This document shows, in pieces, positions 1 to 8,034 of a stretch of 64,000 nt of DNA. Source of the stretch: an uncultured Gammaproteobacteria bacterium (GTDB taxonomy: Bacteria > Patescibacteriota > Microgenomatia > UBA1406 > HO2-37-13b). The stretch's first letter is position 1; every line of letters starts with the position of its first letter. The DNA lies in NCBI GenBank assembly GCA_964413645.1, contig CAYPSA010000001.1, positions 72,389-136,388 on the forward strand, in the 5' to 3' direction. The notes below the pieces were generated by a model. That model was not told where the DNA came from. It searched no databases and was given only the letters and a program-made list of their open reading frames with translations. The position numbers and the translations under genes are program-made.

Positions 1-1
1 T

Positions 2-955
2 GGTAATTCTTTCAATATTCCTGCGGTTAAAATGCTTGGAATTAACGGAACCGATGAATTTATCGCCTCAGCATCAGCATTTACAATTTCTACATTCACC
101 GATCCGAGTCGGTATGGTTTGTCGCTCACGCTCGGGGGTGGGGAAGTGCGTATGACCGAAATGGCGAGTGCTTTTTCTGCATTTGCTAACGAAGGAATTC
201 CAAAAAAATTATCACCAATATTGAAGATTACCGATAAGAATAATAAAACCTTATATAAAAATGAAGATCCAAATATTGTGTCCGATGTTACTAAGCCATT
301 GCAATATCCTGACTTTTTATCAATAAACGGGAATAGGGCAATAAGTAAAGAAACGGCATTTTTAATTTCACATATTCTTGCCGACAATGGAGCGCGATCT
401 CAGTCGTTTGGCTCATCGAGCTTATTGGTAGTTCCAAAACATTCTGTATCAGTCAAAACTGGTACAACCAACGATATTCGCGATAACTGGACCATTGGAT
501 ATACACCTAATTTTTTAGTTGCTGTGTGGGTAGGGAATAATGATAATACTCCCCTGTCGCCAGGACTTACATCAGGAGTAACGGGTGCAGCGCCAATTTG
601 GAATCGAATAATGCGAAACATTTTAGCAAAGCAACCGAGTCTGCCTGCTCGAAAACCCGATGGCGTATATGGAAGGAATGTATGCTCTACGTATGTTGGT
701 TCTACCGATACTGCAAATCCGGAATGTCGACCGTACTTTGAGTATTTTATAAAAGGTACCGAGGCGCTAAAACCGCTTTTTACTATTGGAAAAGATCAAG
801 TACGCGTTTCTAAAGACACTGATATGGAAACAACGGAACAAGATCCTGCCGGAGAAATGCGTGAAAAAACGGTCATTAAAGACGCATTCTCTAAATATTG
901 TCTTGACTGTGCGCATCCGGAACTTGCTTCGCCTACACCGACACCGAATCCGTAG
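2..955 (+). CDS. Class A penicillin-binding protein, C-terminal transpeptidase part (5' end outside window)
   Basis: Frame open from window edge; SxN (NSFNIPAV) and KTGTTNDIRDNWTIGYTP motifs of PBP transpeptidase domain. Confidence 0.85.
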   Translation, partial: GNSFNIPAVKMLGINGTDEFIASASAFTISTFTDPSRYGLSLTLGGGEVRMTEMASAFSAFANEGIPKKLSPILKITDKNNKTLYKNEDPNIVSDVTKPLQYPDFLSINGNRAISKETAFLISHILADNGARSQSFGSSSLLVVPKHSVSVKTGTTNDIRDNWTIGYTPNFLVAVWVGNNDNTPLSPGLTSGVTGAAPIWNRIMRNILAKQPSLPARKPDGVYGRNVCSTYVGSTDTANPECRPYFEYFIKGTEALKPLFTIGKDQVRVSKDTDMETTEQDPAGEMREKTVIKDAFSKYCLDCAHPELASPTPTPNP

Positions 956-2144
956 GCTTGGAGTGAATTAAGGCTTCTATACCGGGTAATGTACCCTTTT
1001 CAATAAATTCCATCATAGCACCACCACCAGTTGATATATGAGTAATTTTGTCAGCATACTCTAATTTTGAAATAGCGGCAATGGTGTCACCCCCGCCGAC
1101 CAGTGAGATTACATCTTTATTTTGCGCAATTGCATAATATACATATTCTGTCCCGCGGGCAAATCGTGCATCTTCCACTTTTCCTACTGGTCCATTCCAG
1201 AGTATGGTTTTGGCTCCCATAAGATATTCTCCAAAAGCCGCTTCTGTTTGAGGGCCAATATCTACTATCGAATCATATTCACCAACCTCGGTAATTGAAA
1301 CCACTCTATCGACGCCATTTTCACCAATAACCACAGCATCGAGGGGAATTATGATTTTCTTGTTTTTTTCTTGGGCATAGGCAAGGATGCTCCGCACTTG
1401 ATCAGGTGCAGGCTCATATAAGCTCAAACCTACCTGATTCTCACTAGCAGCTAAAAATGTATTCGCCAGTCCCCCTCCAATAAGTAGCGTATCGACTTTA
1501 TCAAGCAAAGAGCGCAGGAATGCAATTTTCGTAGAAATTTTACTGCCGCCAACCAGCGCTACAAACGGAGATTTTGGATGATTTACTACATGATTAATAG
1601 TATTTATTTCATGAGCCATTAAAAGTCCTGCCAGCGAAGGAAGGAGCGTGGGAAGCTGCACAACAGAAGCATGTTCTCGGTGACTTACTCCAAACGCGTC
1701 ATTTACGAAATAGTCTGCGACTTGTGCAAGTGACTGTGCGAATTCTACATCATTCTCTTTTTCCCCGTTATTAAAGCGTAAATTTTCAAACATCACAATT
1801 TCTCCTGCTGCCTGTTGTTCCAAAAATATTTTGCTTTTTACACTCGTAAAATCTTCTAAAAGATTAATTATCACCCCGGGTAAGTGCGCGCGTAGGTTTG
1901 CAATAATGGGTACCAAAGAGAGCGTTTCGTCATGTCCTTTTGGATCGCCTAAATGCGTAATTAAAATGACTCGATTATTTTGCTTCAAAAGTTTTTTAAT
2001 TGTTGGAATGCTTTGTTTTATGCGCATGTCGTTGGCAATTTTGTGTTGCGCATTCATGGTTACGTTATAATCGACCCGTACCAAAACACGGCTATTTTCA
2101 ATTACAACATCCTCAAGTGTTTGAATATTAAATTTATCTATCAT
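933..2144 (-). CDS. pgk: Phosphoglycerate kinase
   Basis: 403 aa; VLVRVDYNV, FENLRFN, GGGLANTF, STGGGAMMEF signatures; 3' end overlaps the PBP gene 3' end by 23 nt (convergent). Confidence 0.95.
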   Translation of the reverse strand: MIDKFNIQTLEDVVIENSRVLVRVDYNVTMNAQHKIANDMRIKQSIPTIKKLLKQNNRVILITHLGDPKGHDETLSLVPIIANLRAHLPGVIINLLEDFTSVKSKIFLEQQAAGEIVMFENLRFNNGEKENDVEFAQSLAQVADYFVNDAFGVSHREHASVVQLPTLLPSLAGLLMAHEINTINHVVNHPKSPFVALVGGSKISTKIAFLRSLLDKVDTLLIGGGLANTFLAASENQVGLSLYEPAPDQVRSILAYAQEKNKKIIIPLDAVVIGENGVDRVVSITEVGEYDSIVDIGPQTEAAFGEYLMGAKTILWNGPVGKVEDARFARGTEYVYYAIAQNKDVISLVGGGDTIAAISKLEYADKITHISTGGGAMMEFIEKGTLPGIEALIHSKPTDSVSV

Positions 2145-2153
2145 ATTTTCTTT

Positions 2154-2200
2154 GTCAACCTCTTAGGTTGACAGTGCGGCGGCAACCTCTTAGGTTGACA
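2154..2200. repeat. Twin 15-nt palindrome repeat (family B), copy 1
   Basis: gtCAACCTCTTAGGTTGaCAGTGCggcggCAACCTCTTAGGTTGaca; palindromes at 2156-2170 and 2183-2197 (27-bp phasing). Confidence 0.9.
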
Positions 2201-3131
2201 TTTTTTTGGCAAATTCTAAAAACGCTCCTTGTCCAGTTTGTACATTCTCTTCTTTTCCTCTCCATGCTGCAAGCATTGGTTCTTCAAATACCCTTTCGAA
2301 TGAAAAGGTAACGGGGAATTCCAAACGTCCTGCTAAAGAGTGAATCGCAGCCAAATTTTCATTTGCCTGCTGCCCACTTTGCCCTCCCGATAAAAATACC
2401 ACACCTCCGATTGTTTTTGGAACTATTTCTTGTAATAAATCTACGGTAGCTCTCCCTATCTCTTCAGGAGAGCTGGAAGTGTGACTCGAGCCGGGCATAA
2501 TCATATTCGTTTTCAAAATAATTTTCCCTACATCAATCCCCTGTTCTTCCAACTTTTCAAATAGGGAAGTGAACACTTTTTTTGTTGCCTGTGCACAATC
2601 CTCCATCGAATGACTTCCTTCCATTAACACTTCCGGTTCAACAATAGGCACAATATCGTGGCTAAGAGAGATTCGAGCGTATTCTACTAATAATCGCACG
2701 TTTTCATCAATCGCCTCATCACTCGGGGTGTCCGCAGAGATAGGAAACGCTGCTCGCCATTTTACAAAACTCGTCCCCATGCTCTTATGTGCAGCTAATC
2801 GGGAATCCAACGTATCAATTCCCTTTGTTGTAAACTCGCCATTAGTTTCAAAAGGCAATAAGCCTTCATCAACTTTCACACCAATTTCTATACCGGCTGT
2901 AGAGAGTAGAGAAGCCAATGCAATTCCTTCTTCATTTAGAATAACACCGCTAATATATTCACGAGCCCCCGGAGCGCTGTAAAATATTCTCCTAAACTCG
3001 TTTCTATTCTCTTCACTAGCCTCAATTCCATACTTCTCAAATCGCTTTGTTAACGTTGCCACACTTGCATCATTAGCAAAAATGCCTTTCTTATGAGTAA
3101 AAAGTTTACGTAGTGTTTCCTTGCAATCCAT
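2190..3131 (-). CDS. fba: Fructose-bisphosphate aldolase, class I (Schiff-base type)
   Basis: 313 aa; KGIFANDAS..TLTKRF, ILKTNMIMPG, VFLSGGQS motifs; last codons and stop lie in the twin-palindrome repeat. Confidence 0.85.
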   Translation of the reverse strand: MDCKETLRKLFTHKKGIFANDASVATLTKRFEKYGIEASEENRNEFRRIFYSAPGAREYISGVILNEEGIALASLLSTAGIEIGVKVDEGLLPFETNGEFTTKGIDTLDSRLAAHKSMGTSFVKWRAAFPISADTPSDEAIDENVRLLVEYARISLSHDIVPIVEPEVLMEGSHSMEDCAQATKKVFTSLFEKLEEQGIDVGKIILKTNMIMPGSSHTSSSPEEIGRATVDLLQEIVPKTIGGVVFLSGGQSGQQANENLAAIHSLAGRLEFPVTFSFERVFEEPMLAAWRGKEENVQTGQGAFLEFAKKMST

Positions 3132-3137
3132 GGGCTC

Positions 3138-3166
3138 ATTATATAGATTCGAAAGAGATTTCTCAA
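3138..3166 (-). promoter_or_regulatory. fba promoter, leaderless geometry
   Basis: Minus strand TTGAGA-17 nt-TATAAT-6 nt-ATG(3131). Confidence 0.65.
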
Positions 3167-3208
3167 ATGCATGAAATAGTCACTTGGCTATCTATTATAG
3201 GCTACATA

Positions 3209-3217
3209 TGATATAAT
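3209..3217 (+). promoter_or_regulatory. Extended -10 box for the 635-aa orphan
   Basis: TGaTATAAT, 10 nt before ATG 3228. Confidence 0.6.
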
Positions 3218-3227
3218 TTAAACCCAT

Positions 3228-5135
3228 ATGCATGAAAATATGGGCTCTGTTTATGCTATTCCAACAGGTAAATCAGACCAAAATCCTACAATACGTGGTG
3301 ATTATGATGGCGCCTTAGTAATGACTACAGGTAGTTATATTGATGGTAGTGTGCATAGGTGTCATGATCCCCTCGACATCGCCTTAACAACTGCATTTAC
3401 TTCTTTGAGAGACTATCTCAATTTTCCAGTTCAACCAACCAAAGAGATTGCTGTGTTCGGAAAAGAAGTTAGAAATCGTCCAAGAAAACCAATAGCCATA
3501 CTTCGATCTTCGGGTGAAGCTACATTAAATTCTCGCAGCTTTTATAGAAATGCCGATCCAATTTCCTTCGCGCCAGAAAGTCCTATAAAATTTGGAAGTG
3601 GCATACGACTTGAAGCTATCGTTGATTCGTTGGCTCCACAAGTTGCGGCACTAGAAATGACAGATATGCAGCGAGAACTTCTTCCAGGACACGCAATTAT
3701 TTTTGCTGAACAGACTCGTTTAAGTCCAAGTTCTCATCAGATTAAACAAGTCCGTCGTGTAAGTGCTGATGGATTATCTGTTCGAACACAAAAATATATA
3801 GCAGAGCACGAAATAAGCGATGATGAACTTAACGGACTTGCAGCTAGCCTGCTTCATGACGGCGCGATTTCATTAATCATTAATGGATCAAGTCAAAGAT
3901 ATAATCTTGACAATGTGTATTCGCTCATTAAAGGAAGTTCGAAAAAGAAGCGAGACTCGTTCCCGCAGCTTCATTTCTTTCATGCTCTTTACACCAAGTT
4001 TCTTGATATTGTCGCGGCACGTGTTACGCAGGAACCCACATCAGCGCAAGACATTATTCTTCGTTTGCATGAACAACCTGAACTTGGAATAGAAATTCCG
4101 CGCGAACCATATGATGCGCTTGCTCAAGAAACGTTGGTGGATCATCTCGGGACAACCTTACCTATCGAGGTAATGGCTCGTAAGTTAAAGAATGTTCCGC
4201 CTGCTATTATCGCAATGTCACCCACACTTCAATTATATGAAGTCCTTGTTGCTTCAGCCGGATACACACTTTTTTCACATGAAGAATCTCCCATAGCTGT
4301 TCAGGGTCATGAAGGTGAATTGGCAGGGGATTATATCGCAACAGCTTCAGCTTGGCCTGATTTAGTTGTAGGAGCAGTTAATAAAAGTAGCGAAACGTGG
4401 AGCACGATGATGACATTGGAGCGCGAGTTTTTATTACGAAGAAATCCGCATGTTCAAGACTCACAGGTTGCCGATCATTTAGAGAAAAGGCTAAAAAAAC
4501 TTTTTAGTGGTCATTTGTTAAATTTCCGAGCGATGAAGAATATTGACGCGCACGTATTGCATGCGTTTTTGTCGGGCCTTGCTACTGAAACGCCTGAATC
4601 ACAATTAATTTTATATGAGCGAAAAGCAAAATTGATGGTCGATGAGCAGAATAGTGCTCTTGCTCCTTTTGAGCTTTTTGATGAAAAAACGTCTGGAATA
4701 ATTCCATCAGTAGAGAGAAAATTTAAAGATGGCGCTTCAATTGATATAAAAAATAATGTTCAGCCAGGTATCCGAGACAGTGTTTTTGCAGTAACTCAAA
4801 TTATTCAGCTTTATCATAATTTACGCCAACTTTCATCGTTGAGTACTCAACCGCATCCACGACTTAACTGGAGAAAAGCAATAGCATTGCGTGGTTCAAT
4901 TATTCATATTCCTCTTTTTGAGCAGGCGTCAAAAAATGCTTTTAGGTATGTCCCAGGGAATAAATACGGTATTGAAATGGTCGATTACGCTTCAGGTATT
5001 ACAGATCATGACTTAAGACATGTGAGAGCGCTAGTGGGACAGACAATTGCAGAAAGAACTCAAACACAAGTAAAAGCAATAAGAAAATCTGCTCGTGTGC
5101 GAAGAAATGCGACACCATTGCGAAAAGTAGCATAA
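3228..5135 (+). CDS. Hypothetical protein, 635 aa, no motif recognised, basic C-terminal tail
   Basis: Long uninterrupted ORF with its own extended -10 box (3209-3217); no TM or signal peptide, no P-loop or metal motifs seen. Confidence 0.6.
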   Translation: MHENMGSVYAIPTGKSDQNPTIRGDYDGALVMTTGSYIDGSVHRCHDPLDIALTTAFTSLRDYLNFPVQPTKEIAVFGKEVRNRPRKPIAILRSSGEATLNSRSFYRNADPISFAPESPIKFGSGIRLEAIVDSLAPQVAALEMTDMQRELLPGHAIIFAEQTRLSPSSHQIKQVRRVSADGLSVRTQKYIAEHEISDDELNGLAASLLHDGAISLIINGSSQRYNLDNVYSLIKGSSKKKRDSFPQLHFFHALYTKFLDIVAARVTQEPTSAQDIILRLHEQPELGIEIPREPYDALAQETLVDHLGTTLPIEVMARKLKNVPPAIIAMSPTLQLYEVLVASAGYTLFSHEESPIAVQGHEGELAGDYIATASAWPDLVVGAVNKSSETWSTMMTLEREFLLRRNPHVQDSQVADHLEKRLKKLFSGHLLNFRAMKNIDAHVLHAFLSGLATETPESQLILYERKAKLMVDEQNSALAPFELFDEKTSGIIPSVERKFKDGASIDIKNNVQPGIRDSVFAVTQIIQLYHNLRQLSSLSTQPHPRLNWRKAIALRGSIIHIPLFEQASKNAFRYVPGNKYGIEMVDYASGITDHDLRHVRALVGQTIAERTQTQVKAIRKSARVRRNATPLRKVA

Positions 5136-5152
5136 GGATCTTCGTGAGCTGG

Positions 5153-5158
5153 TATAAT
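5153..5158 (+). promoter_or_regulatory. -10 box for sufC
   Basis: TATAAT 9 nt before ATG 5168; lies in the 15-mer GGTATAATACTCCTA shared with the lysK promoter. Confidence 0.6.
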
Positions 5159-5167
5159 ACTCCTACC

Positions 5168-5881
5168 ATGCTCACACTCAAAAACCTGTCTGTTTCCATT
5201 GAATCAAAAAAGATTCTCAAAAACATAAACTACACGTTTGAACCGGGGAAAGTGTATGCAATTATGGGTCCTAATGGATCGGGGAAATCTACATTGGCTT
5301 CTTCGGTTATGGGGCATCCTATTTATTCTGTTGGCAAGAGCTCGAAAATAGTTTTTGAAGGAGAAAATATTACTGAAATGGAGCCGAATGATCGTTCAAA
5401 TAAGGGAATATTTCTCTCATTTCAAACGCCTATGGCTCTTACCGGGGTGACTATCTATCAATTTATGCGCTATGCGCTAACGGGTAAAATGGATGCGCTA
5501 AAAATTCGACAGGGTGTGCAAAAGTTTGCAAAAAAATTACATATTTCAGAAGACCTCTTATCGCGTTCCTTAAACGATGGCTTTTCAGGAGGAGAAAAGA
5601 AAAAAATGGAAGTTTTGCAAGCCGCTCTTTTGGATCCTAAATTAGCATTTTTTGATGAAATTGATACAGGAGTAGACGTAGACGCGTTGCGATCGATTGC
5701 GAAATTTATTCAAGCTATGCGCACCCCTCAAAAAACTTTTGTAATAATTACTCACTACAATAGAATTCTCAAATATTTAAAACCCGATAAAATTATTGTT
5801 CTCAAAAACGGACAAATTGTAAAAGAAGGCACGGCAAAACTTGCTCAAGAGATTGAAAAAAAAGGCTACGATGCTTTTTAA
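5168..5881 (+). CDS. sufC: Fe-S cluster assembly ATPase SufC
   Basis: GPNGSGKST Walker A, FSGGEKKK signature, FFDEIDTG Walker B; start moved from ORF-track 5144 to ATG 5168 because 5153-5158 is a TATAAT box. Confidence 0.95.
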   Translation: MLTLKNLSVSIESKKILKNINYTFEPGKVYAIMGPNGSGKSTLASSVMGHPIYSVGKSSKIVFEGENITEMEPNDRSNKGIFLSFQTPMALTGVTIYQFMRYALTGKMDALKIRQGVQKFAKKLHISEDLLSRSLNDGFSGGEKKKMEVLQAALLDPKLAFFDEIDTGVDVDALRSIAKFIQAMRTPQKTFVIITHYNRILKYLKPDKIIVLKNGQIVKEGTAKLAQEIEKKGYDAF

Positions 5882-5902
5882 TTGTCGCGCAGACTATACA
5901 CT

Positions 5903-6000
5903 GTCATCCTGAGAGAGCACTGTCATTCTGAGCGCAGCGAAGAATCTAGGTGTGAATAGATCGGAGATTCTTCATCCCACTTTGCGGGATTCAGAATGAC
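5903..6000. repeat. Family A hairpin repeats: truncated 5' arm, one plus-strand unit and one inverted unit
   Basis: gtcatcctgagagagca / gtcATTCTGAgcgcagcGAAGAATctaggtgtg / inverted agattcttcatcccactttgcgggattcagaatgac. Confidence 0.9.
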
Positions 6001-6027
6001 AAAAGACGATCAAAATGACATTCATAT

Positions 6028-7434
6028 ATGAAAAAAACCACCCAAAAAGACGACATCGATTTCGACTACAAATATGGCTTTTCAATGCCCGACACGTCTG
6101 TTTTTCAAACAAAACGAGGCATTTCCCCCGAGGTTGTTTTTCAAATTTCTAAAATAAAAAATGAACCTGATTGGATGGCAAAAAAACGCTTAAAAGCCTA
6201 CGAAATTTTTCTTGAAAAAAAAATGCCGCCGTGGGGTGCCGATCTTTCCAAAATAGATTTTGATGATATTGTCTATTTTATTCGAGCTACCGATAAACAA
6301 AAAACTTCATGGGAAGATCTGCCTGCCGAAATTAAAGACACCTATGATCGTATTGGAGTTCCTGAAGCGGAAAAAAAGTTTTTAGCTGGCGTTTCTGCGC
6401 AGTACGAGTCGGAGGTAGTATATGAGAGTGTTAATAAGGAGCTTACTAAACAAGGCGTACTTTTCTGCGACATGGATACTGCTGTTGTAAAGTATCCTGA
6501 AATTGTTAAAGAGTATTTTGGAACATTAATTCCTGCTCGTGATAATAAATTTTCCGCACTCAATACTGCCGTGTGGTCCGGAGGATCATTTGTATATGTT
6601 CCAAAAGGTGTTCATGTAAAATTACCACTTCAAGCTTATTTTCGAATTAATGCAGAACGTTTTGGTCAATTTGAACGAACGCTTATTATCGCGGATGAAG
6701 GTTCAAGCGTTCATTACATCGAAGGTTGTACTGCTCCTATTTACACAACCGACTCCCTTCATTCAGCGGTCGTAGAAATTTTCGTTAAAAAAAATGCACG
6801 AGTTCGCTACACTACCGTTCAAAATTGGAGCAACAATGTTTACAACTTGGTTACCAAACGAGCGTCGGCTGATGAAAATGCAATTATGGAATGGATTGAT
6901 TGTAATATTGGATCAAAAGTTACCATGAAATATCCGTCGGTGTATTTAAAAGGGGAAGGCGCGCGTGGAGAAGTTCTTTCAATTGCCTATGCAGGAGCCG
7001 GCCAACATCAAGATGCGGGGGCCAAAATGTTTCATTTTGCACCAAACACATCAAGTCGAATTGTTTCAAAATCAATTTCAAAAAATGGAGGACGAACTTC
7101 ATATCGAGGTTTAGTTCAAATACAACCAAATGCTACGAATTCATCAGTTTACGTTTCGTGTGATGCGTTACTGCTCGATGAAGATTCCCGTTCCGATACC
7201 TATCCTACGATGAGAATTATGGAAAATGATGTCCAAGTTCAACACGAAGCAACCGTTGAAAAATTAGGTGAAGAAAAATTATTTTACTTAACCAGTCGGG
7301 GTATTACTAAAAATGATGCAGAAGGAATTTTAGTTAATGGATTTATTGAACCCGTAACCCGCGAAATTCCATTGGAATATTCAATTGAATTAAATCGACT
7401 AATGCAGTTAGAAATGAGTGGAAGTGTAGGATAA
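6028..7434 (+). CDS. sufB: Fe-S cluster assembly protein SufB
   Basis: 468 aa; FVYVPKGVHV, ERTLIIADEGSSVHYIEGCTAP typical of SufB. Confidence 0.95.
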   Translation: MKKTTQKDDIDFDYKYGFSMPDTSVFQTKRGISPEVVFQISKIKNEPDWMAKKRLKAYEIFLEKKMPPWGADLSKIDFDDIVYFIRATDKQKTSWEDLPAEIKDTYDRIGVPEAEKKFLAGVSAQYESEVVYESVNKELTKQGVLFCDMDTAVVKYPEIVKEYFGTLIPARDNKFSALNTAVWSGGSFVYVPKGVHVKLPLQAYFRINAERFGQFERTLIIADEGSSVHYIEGCTAPIYTTDSLHSAVVEIFVKKNARVRYTTVQNWSNNVYNLVTKRASADENAIMEWIDCNIGSKVTMKYPSVYLKGEGARGEVLSIAYAGAGQHQDAGAKMFHFAPNTSSRIVSKSISKNGGRTSYRGLVQIQPNATNSSVYVSCDALLLDEDSRSDTYPTMRIMENDVQVQHEATVEKLGEEKLFYLTSRGITKNDAEGILVNGFIEPVTREIPLEYSIELNRLMQLEMSGSVG

Positions 7435-7436
7435 CT

Positions 7437-8033
7437 ATGAAATTCACATACATCACTGAAGGAGAAAAAGGCAAATACTCTGTTACCCAACCAGGGGAGT
7501 CGATTTTTTTTATTTATAATTATTCTGGAGCAGTTGAAATTTCTATTAAATCTCCGAATGCGAAAGTTTACATTTACGGCGTGTATATTGGTAAAAAGAA
7601 CGACAATTTTACCCTTAATACTATTCAACATCACAAAGTTGGCGAGAGTGTTTCGGATTTACTTATTAAGGGAATTTTTTTCGATGAATCTAAATTTCAT
7701 TATGAAGGGTTAATTCGAATCGACAAAAAAGCACAAAAGTCGAATGCGTATCAAAAAAATCAGAACTTAGTAATGTCGAAAGAAGTCTTTGTCGATTCTC
7801 GACCTTACTTGGAGATTTTGGCAAATGATGTTCGGTGCACTCACGGTTCCACAACAGGACAGTTGGACAAAGAGCAATTGTATTTTGCAAAAACTCGGGG
7901 ATTATCAGAAAAGGAGGCTCAAAAAATGCTTCTTGAAGGATTCATTGGCGACATATTCAATAAAATGGAAGAAGTAGGGTTAGAAAAGTCCGTCATCCTG
8001 AGCGTAGCGAAGGATCTAGGTGTGGAGAATTGA
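7437..8033 (+). CDS. sufD: SufD-like Fe-S assembly protein (short, 198 aa)
   Basis: SufB/SufD-family core (VRCTHGSTTGQLDKEQLYFAKTRG); follows sufB by 2 nt; last 13 codons (VILSVAKDLGVEN) are repeat-derived. Confidence 0.8.
   Translation: MKFTYITEGEKGKYSVTQPGESIFFIYNYSGAVEISIKSPNAKVYIYGVYIGKKNDNFTLNTIQHHKVGESVSDLLIKGIFFDESKFHYEGLIRIDKKAQKSNAYQKNQNLVMSKEVFVDSRPYLEILANDVRCTHGSTTGQLDKEQLYFAKTRGLSEKEAQKMLLEGFIGDIFNKMEEVGLEKSVILSVAKDLGVEN
7992..8025 (+). repeat. Family A unit inside the sufD 3' end
   Basis: gtcATCCTGAgcgtagcGAAGGATctaggtgtgg; translated VILSVAKDLGV. Confidence 0.9.
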
Positions 8034-8034
8034 T

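Noticed and set aside
933-955. 23-nt convergent overlap of the PBP and pgk 3' ends as an antisense regulatory feature
   Set aside because: Both overlapping tails are non-conserved C-terminal extensions. A short convergent overlap in a compact genome needs no special explanation, and I have no evidence of function.
2154-2200. Twin palindromes as Rho-independent terminators
   Set aside because: Stems are only 6 bp with 3-nt loops. A downstream T-tract is present in only one copy and on the non-transcribed orientation. All three copies lie between co-directional genes that appear co-transcribed.
5922-5954. Family A unit as a kink-turn (L7Ae-type) RNA motif because of the tandem G.A pairs
   Set aside because: The G.A pairs sit in a symmetric 2x2 internal loop. 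The 3-nt bulge that defines a k-turn is absent. I report only 'tandem G.A'.
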